This document shows, in pieces, positions 47,292-57,187 of a DNA stretch of 64,000 nucleotides. The stretch is from an uncultured Candidatus Saccharibacteria bacterium (GTDB lineage Bacteria > Patescibacteriota > Minisyncoccia > Phycocordibacterales > JBBTRF01). The stretch lies in NCBI GenBank assembly GCA_964602975.1, contig CAZRTH010000001.1:70303-134302 (forward strand), in the 5' to 3' direction. Within the stretch, counting starts at the first letter, position 1; every line of letters starts with the position of its first letter. The notes under the pieces are model-generated. The model was given only the letters and a program-made list of their open reading frames with translations, made no database searches and was not told the origin of the DNA. The position numbers were made by a program, and so were the translations under genes.

Positions 47292-48521
47292 ATGCTCACA
47301 CTCGCACTTAGTCACACCTTGCAGCAGAGTCAGTCGCTCAGCATCGAACTCGGTTTGTCGCAGAGCCTCGCCCAAACAGTCGGCCTGACTCGCCCACCAG
47401 GCTCACCCGGAAATCCGGAAGAGATCCTCGCACGAATCCTAGCAAACATCGTTGCGTCGATCACAAATGCCCGCATACAAGAAGCGGTCAGCGGATTGAC
47501 GAGCGATCCAAGTTTCGTCAAAGGTCTGCTCTTGCACAAAGAGGAATTGGCTGTCTTGAGAGAGGGTCGGATCGAACAGTTCGCGGCAGATCATCTCTAC
47601 ACAAATAGCACGCGTGACGGAAAGTTCGTCCACGCTGTCGGATCTGATGGCAAACCCGTGCTCGACCCGCCCCAGACGACCGGCATCCTCTTCAGAAGAG
47701 CACTACTCGAACCGGAAAATTTCGGCCAAGAAGTGGAGCTTCTCGCTGAACGATTGCGACAGATCGCCTCTCGCGTTCATTCGGTGGCTGAACTCAAGGA
47801 AATGACGGCAGCGAAGAACATTGCTGCTCAGGTCCGGCCACTCTTCGAAAACTTCTGTGCGATCCTAGAGCTCGTCTTCGCCAAGAAGACTGAAGACATG
47901 ATGACCGTGGCTCAATTTCTACGAGATGCCGTCATCTTAGAGAAGCTTGACCTCATCATGTCTGAACGGCTCCTGAAACGCTTCCTCAAGCGCTTTCGAC
48001 GAGTCGGTCCGCGAGCGGTTGCCCGAGATTTCGAGGAATCAATGCTCAACACCGTGGCTGAGTATACACTCATCAGTATGGGTGTGATCTCTCCGGACAT
48101 CTTTGCCCTGCAAAGGAGTGACACTGACTCGGAAGCATACGACGGTGCGTGCACAGAGTTGAGCAAGGTCGGAATCGACCTAAGCCAGGTGCTCGCCCAC
48201 TACCAGATCCAACCTGCAGGTAGGATCTTCTGGCACCGCTACTCCACCACCAAGGTGAAGCCGAGTGATCGTTCCGAGCAAATCGTCCGCGATTTCATCA
48301 TTCGGACGGTCCGCCAAGACCGCCAGGCAGTCTTGGCGGCAGTCAACCACACCGAACTCTTCGCAGGCTTCAAGGCCGCGAAAGCCAAGTATGGGGTTGA
48401 CGAAGAATTCGATGACGAAATCATCGGACAACTCACCGATCAACTCGGCAGTGACAGTTTCCAGCTCCAATACCTCGCGTTGCTGAGAAGGTGGTATCCT
48501 CAGCTCGAGAAACTCCTGTGA
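47292..48521 (+). CDS. hypothetical protein (~410 aa from MLTLALSH; ORF track starts at TTG 47178)
   Basis: ATG with GAAAGG 7 nt upstream and strong promoter; no recognised motifs. Confidence 0.5.
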   Translation: MLTLALSHTLQQSQSLSIELGLSQSLAQTVGLTRPPGSPGNPEEILARILANIVASITNARIQEAVSGLTSDPSFVKGLLLHKEELAVLREGRIEQFAADHLYTNSTRDGKFVHAVGSDGKPVLDPPQTTGILFRRALLEPENFGQEVELLAERLRQIASRVHSVAELKEMTAAKNIAAQVRPLFENFCAILELVFAKKTEDMMTVAQFLRDAVILEKLDLIMSERLLKRFLKRFRRVGPRAVARDFEESMLNTVAEYTLISMGVISPDIFALQRSDTDSEAYDGACTELSKVGIDLSQVLAHYQIQPAGRIFWHRYSTTKVKPSDRSEQIVRDFIIRTVRQDRQAVLAAVNHTELFAGFKAAKAKYGVDEEFDDEIIGQLTDQLGSDSFQLQYLALLRRWYPQLEKLL

Positions 48522-48603
48522 CACCTGTCATACGGTCAAGAAAGACCGCGAGCCGCCCATGGCAACATGGGCGGCTCTTTTCATTTTCTTCCTTCTGTTT
48601 CTT

Positions 48604-48834
48604 CTACTGCCGCGACATCAACTTCTGGATCTCCGCTTGGTGCAGTCGCATGACTTCCATCGAGGCGAGCGTTTTGTCTTTTCCGGCCTTCACTTTTGCA
48701 TCCACTTCTTTGGCGATCTTTTCAAAAAAGGCAGGCTGCTTTGTAACAACCGCGATGATCTGCTCCCGCTGCTGTGCTGGCAAAGCCTTGAGCTGCTTCT
48801 CCAACATCTTCTTCATGAAAAATTCTTTGATCAT
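48604..48834 (-). CDS. small hypothetical protein (~76 aa)
   Basis: K/E-rich ORF immediately downstream of zwf; track ORF extends into zwf. Confidence 0.3.
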   Translation of the reverse strand: MIKEFFMKKMLEKQLKALPAQQREQIIAVVTKQPAFFEKIAKEVDAKVKAGKDKTLASMEVMRLHQAEIQKLMSRQ

Positions 48835-48878
48835 TTTGGTGGTGTTTGATGTGTTTGAAAATTCTGTGTTGACCCATT

Positions 48879-50261
48879 TTACTCCAACTTCTCGCCAAAG
48901 TGAAGCGGCTTTGAGCCTTTCGGATATGTCGCCAATGGAAGCGATTTCCACACCCTGCGGACCGCGTCGACATGCTTCCAGCTTGCCTCGATTTCACCTC
49001 TCTCCACGAAACCCGCTTGCTCGCCGTGCAAGGCATCGTGATAGACCTTTTCGTATCCATCTGGTGACGCATGAGTGTGACCAAGATGCTCCTGAATCTG
49101 TTTCCACGAGAGTGCATCGGTCTTGCCACCAATATGAAATACCACTCGAGGAGCTGGCTGGAGGCAAAATTCCATGCGGTCGTCATTTTTGAAATATACC
49201 ACCGCTTCAGTGACCGAGGCATCTAGCGCCTTGCCTGCTGAGAGGATAAAGCTCACCCCTTTCCAGCGTGCAAGCTTCACGTGCGCTTCATACGAGAAAA
49301 AAGTTTCTGTTTGCGAACCGGTTTCGATCCCCTCTTCAGCCTCATACCCCTCATACTGCCCTCGGATGAGGCGAGGAAGTTTTCGGGAAAGTTTCGGGAG
49401 TGCCAGCTTCGAAAGCACCCGCTGGCGCTCCTTTCGAAAGGCCTTGGCATCTGGAGTGGCCGGCTTTTCCATGGCGATGAGGGCGAGCATCTGCAACAAA
49501 TGATTCTGTCCAACATCGCGCAAAGCTCCGACGTGGTCATAGAAGGTGCCGCGACCTTGAATATCAATCTTCTCAAAGAGGTGGAGCTCGATGTGGTCGA
49601 TGAAGTTCCTGTTCCATACATCTCTCAGCTTCGGCTCGGTGAAGTGCATTGTGAGCAGATCCCAAAGCGGCATCTTCATGAGATAGTGGTCGACGCGAAA
49701 GATCTGCTCTTCCTTGAAGATACGCGCGAGGAGAGCATTGATCTTCTTGGCGCTTTTAGCATCGATACCGATCGGCTTTTCGAGCAACACACGAGTCTTC
49801 CCTGGCCCATCGACACAGGAGATTTGCAGGCCTGATCGATCCATATTCTCGAGTACTGATTGATAGAAAAAAGGAGAAAGCGAGAGATGGAACAGTTTGT
49901 GGCTGCAGCGACCGAAAGCCGCGTCGATCTTTTCTAATACCGGCAGAAGGCCTTGATACGCTGTCAATTCGTCGAAGTAGCCTTGGTGATATCGAATGTG
50001 CGAAAGAAATCGGCGCAGTTTTTCCTGCACCTCATCGTGGTTTACCTCGTTGCTAGCAATTGCGGCAACACACCATTTTTCCACCAAGTCGGCGAAGGCT
50101 TGATCAGTGAAGGTGCGGCGAGCGAAACCGACGATGCAAAATGAATCATCCCGCAAATATCCATGTAGAAAAAGCCGGAACAGTGACGGGAAGAGTTTCT
50201 TCTCGGCGAGGTCGCCAGTGGCGCCAAATATAATAATGGTGACGGGAGCGTTGTGTTCCAT
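48879..50261 (-). CDS. zwf: glucose-6-phosphate 1-dehydrogenase
   Basis: 460 aa; NADP-binding IIFGATGDLAEKKLFPSL, G6PD active-site region RVDHYLMK. Confidence 0.9.
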   Translation of the reverse strand: MEHNAPVTIIIFGATGDLAEKKLFPSLFRLFLHGYLRDDSFCIVGFARRTFTDQAFADLVEKWCVAAIASNEVNHDEVQEKLRRFLSHIRYHQGYFDELTAYQGLLPVLEKIDAAFGRCSHKLFHLSLSPFFYQSVLENMDRSGLQISCVDGPGKTRVLLEKPIGIDAKSAKKINALLARIFKEEQIFRVDHYLMKMPLWDLLTMHFTEPKLRDVWNRNFIDHIELHLFEKIDIQGRGTFYDHVGALRDVGQNHLLQMLALIAMEKPATPDAKAFRKERQRVLSKLALPKLSRKLPRLIRGQYEGYEAEEGIETGSQTETFFSYEAHVKLARWKGVSFILSAGKALDASVTEAVVYFKNDDRMEFCLQPAPRVVFHIGGKTDALSWKQIQEHLGHTHASPDGYEKVYHDALHGEQAGFVERGEIEASWKHVDAVRRVWKSLPLATYPKGSKPLHFGEKLE

Positions 50262-50267
50262 GTCGGT

Positions 50268-50762
50268 CTAAAAAGCGGAAAAGAAAATGACGATAGCGGC
50301 GAGAGCGAGCTGGCTGGCGACGCCGATGATATGTTTCCCTTCGAGCCGGCGCGAGGTGTGAATCCAACGATGAAATGCCTGCAAGTGAGCGACCGGTTCT
50401 TTTGGGTACTTACTATACACGAATTGAAGAAGGTCGGGAAGGATGGCGGAGAGGGCGCCGACAAGCCAGATCCAAGAGCTGAATTGAGTGAGATCACCGT
50501 GGAGGAAGAAGGTGGCGGCGACGGCCAGGCCGAGGAGGCCGTCGCCGCCGATTCGCAATAGATCGAGGAGAAATAGCCGGTCAAAAACCAATTTTGAGGG
50601 CGTGTCCGGATTCGCCGATGCGGACAGGATACGATAATCCCAATGTGGCAGCGCGTCTAGCAAAAAATGGCTGGCGAAGGCGGAAATACCACCCAAGATC
50701 GGGTGGTTCGGAAGCGCGGCCGCGACGGCCGCGCCGACAACAGTGTGAGTAGCGAGGGTCAT
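50268..50762 (-). CDS. membrane-bound metal-dependent hydrolase-like protein (YdjM/DUF457 family, tentative)
   Basis: 164 aa, 4 TM, His/Asp-rich short loops (HFLLDALPHWD). Confidence 0.5.
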   Translation of the reverse strand: MTLATHTVVGAAVAAALPNHPILGGISAFASHFLLDALPHWDYRILSASANPDTPSKLVFDRLFLLDLLRIGGDGLLGLAVAATFFLHGDLTQFSSWIWLVGALSAILPDLLQFVYSKYPKEPVAHLQAFHRWIHTSRRLEGKHIIGVASQLALAAIVIFFSAF

Positions 50763-51232
50763 TTAAGATCAGGGTCCGGATCAGGCGTAAGTTCGTTGCG
50801 ACGTTCCGCATAGCCGCGAACCGACTTCACACTGAAGTAGAAAGCGGCAAGAAAACAGAGCGCGATCAAATGATCGGTATAGAACAGGAAATGTCGAACG
50901 CCGTCCATCATGCCATATTTCGAGTAGCCCAAGATCGAGTGAAATCCAAAAATGATGAGTCCGAGCAGCGAAATAAGGCTATCAAATATCAGGATCCATC
51001 GAGAATGCGGATTGGTATAACCCGCAGCAAAAGTGACGGCTACGATCGCCAACACCGAATACGCTACCGGAACAGCGGTCTCCGCCTTGAAGAACGGCAG
51101 TGTCGCCAGCATCACGAACGCGATGATAAAGAAGAAACGACGAATCGTGTGTCCAAAATAGTGAGGAACGGCATCTCGGTGCGGAGTGCCGAGCGTCCAC
51201 TTTTTTTCATCGTATGTTTCGTATTCAACCAT
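50759..51232 (-). CDS. hypothetical polytopic membrane protein (157 aa)
   Basis: 4-nt overlap with downstream gene suggests operon with response regulator. Confidence 0.5.
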   Translation of the reverse strand: MVEYETYDEKKWTLGTPHRDAVPHYFGHTIRRFFFIIAFVMLATLPFFKAETAVPVAYSVLAIVAVTFAAGYTNPHSRWILIFDSLISLLGLIIFGFHSILGYSKYGMMDGVRHFLFYTDHLIALCFLAAFYFSVKSVRGYAERRNELTPDPDPDLK

Positions 51233-51253
51233 GGGATTGCAATGATATATCGA

Positions 51254-51643
51254 TCACACACCAAGCACCTTGCCCACCTCCTCCATGATCTCGTCCGGAG
51301 TCAATAGCGCCTTGACCAAAAATTTCTTCGCGCCAAGCTCGGCGCCTTTCTCGATATCGCTCTTTTGGTTGAGATTGGAGAGGAGAATGACGGGGATCGC
51401 CTTAGTATCCGGATTGGATTTCACCTGTTTGAGGATGTCGAAGCCGTTGAGGCCCGGCAATAAAACATCGAGTACGATCAGGTGCGGCTTTTCGGTCTGC
51501 AATAACGAAAAGACTTCCTCGCTATTTTTCGCATGTAAGAGCGTCGGTTCATATTTCACCAGCTTCTTGGCCATCAAGTCGCTCAAAAACAGATCATCCT
51601 CCACCCACAAGATCTTCTTCCCGACGAGCGCTTTTTCTTTCAT
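51254..51643 (-). CDS. single-domain response regulator (receiver only, CheY-like)
   Basis: 129 aa; KKILWVEDD..., phospho-acceptor in LIVLDVLLPGLNG, conserved K near C-terminus. Confidence 0.85.
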   Translation of the reverse strand: MKEKALVGKKILWVEDDLFLSDLMAKKLVKYEPTLLHAKNSEEVFSLLQTEKPHLIVLDVLLPGLNGFDILKQVKSNPDTKAIPVILLSNLNQKSDIEKGAELGAKKFLVKALLTPDEIMEEVGKVLGV

Positions 51644-51655
51644 ATAGCTATTGTA

Positions 51656-52909
51656 TTACTTCTTTAATGGTAATTCAACCGTAAAGGTCGTTCCCGCATT
51701 CTCGCGCGTGACAAAGGAGATCTTGCCGCCATGATCCTCGACAATGCGCTTCACAATAAAGAGGCCGAGGCCGGTGCCGCCATTTTCAGCCTTGATCGCA
51801 TTTCGCGCTCGGAAAAATCGATGGAACACCTGCCCGACCTGCTCTTCAGGAATGCCGATCCCTTGATCGGCAATATTCACTCGCAATATCTGCCCAGCGA
51901 TCTCCGTAGTGATCGCCACAGTGTTGCCGGCCCTGCTGTATTTGATCGAGTTGTCGATCAAGTTTTGCAAAGCGGAATGTAAACGCTCCGCATCGGCCTG
52001 TATTGGCGGAAGCTGATGATGGTCATAGGTCAACGTGATCTCCCTTTTCTTGGCAAAGGCGGCGAGTTCATCTATTGCGTCCTGAATAACCTCGTCGATC
52101 CGTACCGAACTGAACGAATAGTGCAACTGCCCTGCCTCAACGCTGTTTGCATCCAACAGATCCCCCACCAACTTGATCATGTGATCGTTGGTCTCCGCCG
52201 TCTTCTTTATATACTGCTTCTGCTCGTCGGTGAGCGGCCCAATATCACCGGAGAGTAACAGACTGAGGGTCCATTTGATCGCCGACAGCGGGGTACGAAG
52301 CTGATGAGCCACCACGGAAATGAAATCAGACTTTGCTTGATCGAGCCCTTTCAGCTCATTGTTCGCCTGCTGCAACGATTCGCCCTGTGCTTTCAAGACT
52401 CTCTCGGTCTTGACTTTCTCGTCGAGCAATTTCTGCAGACTTTCGGTTCTTTGCGCCACCCGAAACTCGAGTTCGTCATTCATTTTCTCAAGCTCCCAAG
52501 TTTGGTCTTTGACTCGACGAGCAAGGTCAGCTTTTGAGAGCAAGCGCAGACGTTCTTCTTCCAAATATCCATTCGGCAACAACGCCACCACGCTTGCCAT
52601 TCCCTGCCCGTCTGGATGCAATTTCTCGAGATCGGTGAAGATACGAAGCAGATGCTGGGTCACTTTTTTGCGGCCAATACTATCCTCGAGTTGGTCCACT
52701 AATGCACGGACAAAGATGCCAACATGTTGTTCGTGCGGTGCGCCGAGACCGCAGGTGACGCGACCCTTGCGATCCACCGAGAGATCGTCTTCAGTATAAA
52801 AACGAGAGAGCACTTCCGACACTCGGCGCGCCCCGATCTGGTTCGCGGCAAGAGCGACCACCGCATCGCCAAACTCGTGGGCTAGGCGAGGAGGAATGTC
52901 TGAGTTCAT
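51656..52909 (-). CDS. cytoplasmic sensor histidine kinase
   Basis: 417 aa; no TM; coiled-coil, H-box ISVVAHQLRTPLSAIKW, HATPase_c GGTGLGLFIVKRIVEDHGGKI. Confidence 0.85.
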   Translation of the reverse strand: MNSDIPPRLAHEFGDAVVALAANQIGARRVSEVLSRFYTEDDLSVDRKGRVTCGLGAPHEQHVGIFVRALVDQLEDSIGRKKVTQHLLRIFTDLEKLHPDGQGMASVVALLPNGYLEEERLRLLSKADLARRVKDQTWELEKMNDELEFRVAQRTESLQKLLDEKVKTERVLKAQGESLQQANNELKGLDQAKSDFISVVAHQLRTPLSAIKWTLSLLLSGDIGPLTDEQKQYIKKTAETNDHMIKLVGDLLDANSVEAGQLHYSFSSVRIDEVIQDAIDELAAFAKKREITLTYDHHQLPPIQADAERLHSALQNLIDNSIKYSRAGNTVAITTEIAGQILRVNIADQGIGIPEEQVGQVFHRFFRARNAIKAENGGTGLGLFIVKRIVEDHGGKISFVTRENAGTTFTVELPLKK

Positions 52910-52918
52910 AATTCAAAA

Positions 52919-53812
52919 TTATACCACAGCCGTTTTGGCGCACGCTAGGCAGAACGCATCGCCATTGGCCTCGGAACAGCCGGCGCAGATGATGAGATGG
53001 TCGTGGCATGCGAGATTTTTGCAATTCACATAGCGCTCCGAAGGCGCCTCGCATCGGCCGCAACGGCCGATCACTTTGTGCGCCTTCGGATCATCGAAAT
53101 GCATCACTATGCGTCCGTCGAAGACATAGAGAGCGCCTTCAAAATCTTTTCCCGGAAACTTTTCCATGTATGAAACAATGCCGCCATCGAGCTGATATAC
53201 ATCCTTGAAACCCTTTTTGAGCAAATATCCCGAGGCTTTTTCACAACGCACGCCACCAGTGCAGACAGTCAGTACTGGTTTCTCCTTGAGACTAGCGATC
53301 TCTTCAGCCACTTTTGGCAGATCTCGAAAATTGCTCATTTTTGGAATATGAGCGCCTTTGAAATGTCCGACAGAATGCTCGTAGTTGTTGCGCATGTCGA
53401 CGATGGAAAAATCCTTTCCTTGTTCAAACCACTGGCGCAATGTTTCCGGAGAAAGGTGCGGTGCGGTGAGCTCAACAGGGTTCACATCGCCGGTCTTTGG
53501 ATCGAGATCGTCCAAGTGCGCGCTCACTATCTCCTTTCGCGCCTTCACGGAGAGACGCGGAAAGGCAGTGCCGTCGGGAGTACCCGTGCTTCGCTTCCAA
53601 TGGATGTCAGCGAAGCGCGGATCCTTCTTCATTTCGGCCACATAGGCTTCAGCGTCCTCAACAAGGCCCTCCACGGTACCATTGATCCCCTCTTCAGCCA
53701 CGATGATCCGACCCTTCAGACCCAATTTCTCACAAAGCTCCCTCTGCGCCGTCATGAAGATCTTTGGCTCAGCAATATGAACGTATTTGTAATAGAGAAG
53801 AATAGCGTACAT
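52919..53812 (-). CDS. trhO: rhodanese-domain tRNA uridine(34) hydroxylase TrhO/YceA family
   Basis: ...KGRIIVAEEGINGT..., rhodanese active-site CTGGVRCE, C-terminal Cys cluster; start set at MYAILLYYKYV (ORF track extends 67 codons upstream). Confidence 0.8.
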   Translation of the reverse strand: MYAILLYYKYVHIAEPKIFMTAQRELCEKLGLKGRIIVAEEGINGTVEGLVEDAEAYVAEMKKDPRFADIHWKRSTGTPDGTAFPRLSVKARKEIVSAHLDDLDPKTGDVNPVELTAPHLSPETLRQWFEQGKDFSIVDMRNNYEHSVGHFKGAHIPKMSNFRDLPKVAEEIASLKEKPVLTVCTGGVRCEKASGYLLKKGFKDVYQLDGGIVSYMEKFPGKDFEGALYVFDGRIVMHFDDPKAHKVIGRCGRCEAPSERYVNCKNLACHDHLIICAGCSEANGDAFCLACAKTAVV

Positions 53813-53949
53813 GAAAAATGCAAAAATATCTCGAAAGTAACCTCTATTGTATATCACGCAGCGCACAAAAAGAAAACGCCCGTCGCATCGAAATGCGAAG
53901 AGCGCGTGAAATGACCGACGAATAACGACGGATGACGAAGGACAGACGC

Positions 53950-54669
53950 TCACCCAACAACAGCTCCAGTGCCGGCGGCGGCGGGGCGGACCTGCCATCT
54001 CGGCTGATGCCAAGGGCGTTTCTCGGCGGGAGTTGCGGCGAGCCGAGTGCGAAAATTGATCGCCCGCTGCAATGCCTGAAAGGTCGCAGCGAGGCGCTCG
54101 TCACCATCCACATCGTTGGAGATGGAAGCATCGCACTCATGGATGCACTTGAGCTCGGTCTCTGCCGTGGCCAGACGAGTCTCGAGTTCAGCAGGGTCGA
54201 TCGGCTTCCCTTTTGCGGCGGCGCGAGCGATAAGGCGTCGGCGAATGGTCGGCAGGCTGGCGTAAATGAACACCGACAGCAGAGCGTTTCGCACCAATTC
54301 TTCACGGTGGGCTTTGATCTGGCGCAGGCCCTGAATGTCGATCGCCAGGATCACGTTCTTGCCAGTGGCTAAACTACTGAGCACTGACTCCTTTGGTGTG
54401 CCGTAAAGATTGCCGTGCACAGTAGCGTGCTCGAGGAAGAAACCCTCCCTTTCTCGGCGAAGAAAAAGTTCGCGCGTGACGAAGAAGTAGTCGATTCCGT
54501 CTTTTTCACCCGGCCGCGGGTCGCGTGTGGTGAGGGTGACCTTACGTTGACCGTGTCCGGCCTGAACCATCATCTCAGCGAGCGTCGTCTTGCCGGCAGC
54601 AGTCGGAGCGACGAGGACTTTCAATTTTCCACTCTGGTGCAGATGTGAAGCGGTGCTGAAGCTTGCCAT
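53950..54669 (-). CDS. gmk: guanylate kinase
   Basis: 239 aa; P-loop APTAAGKTTL, ...RDPRPGEKDGIDYFFV... GMP-binding region. Confidence 0.9.
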   Translation of the reverse strand: MASFSTASHLHQSGKLKVLVAPTAAGKTTLAEMMVQAGHGQRKVTLTTRDPRPGEKDGIDYFFVTRELFLRREREGFFLEHATVHGNLYGTPKESVLSSLATGKNVILAIDIQGLRQIKAHREELVRNALLSVFIYASLPTIRRRLIARAAAKGKPIDPAELETRLATAETELKCIHECDASISNDVDGDERLAATFQALQRAINFRTRLAATPAEKRPWHQPRWQVRPAAAGTGAVVG

Positions 54670-54803
54670 AAGGAGACTTTCATTCCGTCAATTTGGATCT
54701 CAAAGAACCCGCCCCCGACATCCGGAGGTAAATGTTTTATACAGTAAAAAACGCGCCAGGGCAAGCGGTTGACGAAAGAGTGAAAGACACACAAAATGGA
54801 TAC

Positions 54804-55481
54804 ATGCATACGTTCGAAGTCGAAGTTAAGGCCCTTTTAGGAACAAATGAAGCAGCTGAGGAACTCATCAAAGGCATGCGCGCTTCAGATCCCGAGTTCA
54901 AAGAGCTTGGGAGACATCGCCAACTCAACCATTATTTTATCGGAAATGACCTCGCGTCACTTTCTCAAAAACTCAGTGGCCATGGAGAACCTTCAAAAAA
55001 CAGTTTGCTGAAAGATCTTGTTCCTCGTGCGCACAATTGTTCGGTGCGTACACGGCTGGCAGACAAGGACGCGATTTTGGTGATCAAAGCATCGGTTGAT
55101 GACACCAGTAGCGCGAACGGCACAGCCCGCATGGAAATTGAGGCTAAGACTCCAAACTTAAGCCTAGAGCAGCTCGATCAGTTGGTACTTGCGTCGGGGT
55201 TTGCCTATCAGGCCAAATGGTCTCGCGAGAGAAGAGAATTTTTGTACCGTGGACTGAATGTCAGTATTGATAAAAATGCCGGTTACGGTTTCCTCGCTGA
55301 ATTCGAGATGATAGTAAATGATCCCACAAAGATCGATTCAGCAAAAGACCTTCTGCGATCCACTCTGAAAGAACTAGCAATATCAGAGCTGCCGCAAGAT
55401 CGGCTCGAGCGAATGTTTGCCCACTACAACAAGAATTGGCAGACATATTACGGTACCGAGAAGACTTTTATTGTTGACTAG
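54804..55481 (+). CDS. CYTH-domain (triphosphate tunnel metalloenzyme/CyaB-like) protein
   Basis: starts MHTFEVEVKAL (ExExK), later ARMEIEAKT and GFLAEFEMIV acidic strands; ORF track begins 24 codons upstream. Confidence 0.6.
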   Translation: MHTFEVEVKALLGTNEAAEELIKGMRASDPEFKELGRHRQLNHYFIGNDLASLSQKLSGHGEPSKNSLLKDLVPRAHNCSVRTRLADKDAILVIKASVDDTSSANGTARMEIEAKTPNLSLEQLDQLVLASGFAYQAKWSRERREFLYRGLNVSIDKNAGYGFLAEFEMIVNDPTKIDSAKDLLRSTLKELAISELPQDRLERMFAHYNKNWQTYYGTEKTFIVD

Positions 55482-55491
55482 GAATCATCGA

Positions 55492-55974
55492 TTACAACTT
55501 TTTCACCTCCCTCAACTCCTGCTTCAAGATCTTCGCGGAATATTCGGCATTGGAGGGTCGGTCGAAAAGAAATTTGCCTCGGAACTTTTGTCCGGCGAGG
55601 AAAAACGGAAACCAGTGGATATCGTCAGACCACATTTGTTCAAAAGGGATATGGTCGACATGGAACCATTGCGGCTTCATTTCTTCGGTCTCGATCGGTT
55701 CGCCTCTGAATTCTGTGACGCGAAAAATATGGACCTCGAGTACGGCCGGATCGCTCTCAAACGAAAACTCGAGTATCCCCTGCTTCTCCATTTTCACCGC
55801 CTCAATTCCAACTTCCTCTTTTAGCTCGCGCGTCGCGGCTTGCTCAAGTGTCTCTCCCTTCTCAATTTTTCCACCAAAACCATTCCATCGTCCCACGCCA
55901 AAACGCCGCTTTTTCATGCCAAGAAGCACTTTTGGATGCTGATAGATCATGCAAAGCGTGAGCGGGATCTTCAT
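55492..55974 (-). CDS. Nudix hydrolase (MutT-like)
   Basis: 160 aa; Nudix box GGKIEKGETLEQAATRELKEEVG. Confidence 0.85.
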   Translation of the reverse strand: MKIPLTLCMIYQHPKVLLGMKKRRFGVGRWNGFGGKIEKGETLEQAATRELKEEVGIEAVKMEKQGILEFSFESDPAVLEVHIFRVTEFRGEPIETEEMKPQWFHVDHIPFEQMWSDDIHWFPFFLAGQKFRGKFLFDRPSNAEYSAKILKQELREVKKL

Positions 55975-55998
55975 GTCTTTTATTCTATCAGAGCGACG

Positions 55999-56021
55999 AA
56001 AAATCCGCTCGTGCGGATTTT
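55999..56021 (-). terminator. rho-independent terminator after tRNA-Ala (AAAATCCGC-acga-GCGGATTTTT)
   Basis: 9-bp stem then U-run on minus strand, directly 3' of the tRNA. Confidence 0.6.
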
Positions 56022-56025
56022 GTTG

Positions 56026-56098
56026 TGGACCCTACAGGACTCGAACCTGCCACCCCCTCATTGCAAATGAGGTGCTCTACCAGATGAGCTAAGGGCCC
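56026..56098 (-). tRNA. tRNA-Ala (anticodon UGC)
   Basis: hand-folded cloverleaf: GGGCCCT/AGGGTCC acceptor with G3:U70 Ala identity pair, D-loop ATCTGGTA, anticodon loop TTTGCAA, T-loop TTCGAGT, discriminator A; CCA not encoded. Confidence 0.88.
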
Positions 56099-56218
56099 GT
56101 CTTTCCGACCGTCGCATCATACCAAAAAGAACCTAAAAAAACAACGGGGTAGACACTAAAGTAATATTCACAGAAATCATGTACAAAAAGCTAATAAAGT
56201 TGTATGGTGGAGACATAA

Positions 56219-57187
56219 ATGAAATCAATTAATAAAGTTTTTTTCAGCATTATTAGTTTATCAATATTTGCACTTCTGCTTTCTCTTACAAACACGGCAG
56301 ACGCTTATGTCTCTGTTAAAGGTTATTATAAAAGTAACGGTACTTACGTTTCTCCACACGTTCGAAGTAACCCAAATGGACTAAAGTCTGATAACTACAG
56401 TTACACTCCGAGTCAAGGCGCATACAATAAGACATACGGAACAAGAGGTGCGGAATGGGATACCCCGACCTATATAACAGATCCAAGTTACTACCAAGGA
56501 AAGTCTTTATACGAGTCTGGAAATAGTAATTCTGGAACCTACTATCAATACCCGACGACTCCGACTTGCCCGATAAATTCGTACTACGATGGTGTATCTT
56601 CTTGTAAGTGTAATTATGGTTATATTGTAAGTGGAGGTAGTTGTGTTAATGCTAATAATTATTGCTCGAGTCAGCTTGGGGTAATGTCCCAATACAACAG
56701 TTTATCCAATAAGTGTGAGTGTATGAGTGGCTACGAGCAAAGTGGTTCAACTTGTGTTTATAAGATTCGAGACTACTCAAATTCCTCTGGATATTCGAGT
56801 ATGCCCTCTTACAACTGCCCATTAAATTCGCACACATCACCAACTGAGCCAACGAAGTGTGATTGTGATTCCGGATATCAAGTTAATTCAAGCAAGACGG
56901 CCTGCGTTCTCCTAAACAATAATGTGAATAATCAAGCTTGCATCAACTCATATGGCGCCCATAGTAATTGGGATGGTACAAAAACGCCTACAGGTTTAAT
57001 AAATTGCGTCTGTCAGGCAGGGTATACTTGGAATAATTCAAAGAGTGCCTGCGTTGCAATCATACCTCAACCACAATATCAAAATGACGAACTCATTGGA
57101 AAAAATTATTACTTAAATAATCGTACCTGTGTAGGTCTTTCTGATAATCAATACTCATACTGTATTAGCTACGCATACAACCACTAA
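56219..57187 (+). CDS. secreted cysteine-repeat protein (322 aa) encoded in AT-rich DNA
   Basis: signal peptide MKSINKVFFSIISLSIFALLLSLTNTADA; four C-x-C-x2-G-Y-x(4-7)-C-V modules; canonical SD GGTGGAG 6 nt upstream of ATG, unlike neighbouring genes; N/S/Y-rich. Confidence 0.6.
   Translation: MKSINKVFFSIISLSIFALLLSLTNTADAYVSVKGYYKSNGTYVSPHVRSNPNGLKSDNYSYTPSQGAYNKTYGTRGAEWDTPTYITDPSYYQGKSLYESGNSNSGTYYQYPTTPTCPINSYYDGVSSCKCNYGYIVSGGSCVNANNYCSSQLGVMSQYNSLSNKCECMSGYEQSGSTCVYKIRDYSNSSGYSSMPSYNCPLNSHTSPTEPTKCDCDSGYQVNSSKTACVLLNNNVNNQACINSYGAHSNWDGTKTPTGLINCVCQAGYTWNNSKSACVAIIPQPQYQNDELIGKNYYLNNRTCVGLSDNQYSYCISYAYNH

Noticed and set aside
56026-56098. Initial reading of the tRNA anticodon loop as ..TTGCAAT.. 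giving GCA (Cys)
   Set aside because: Correct stem register (CCTCA/TGAGG) gives loop TTTGCAA with anticodon TGC. The G3:U70 pair in the acceptor stem is the Ala identity element.
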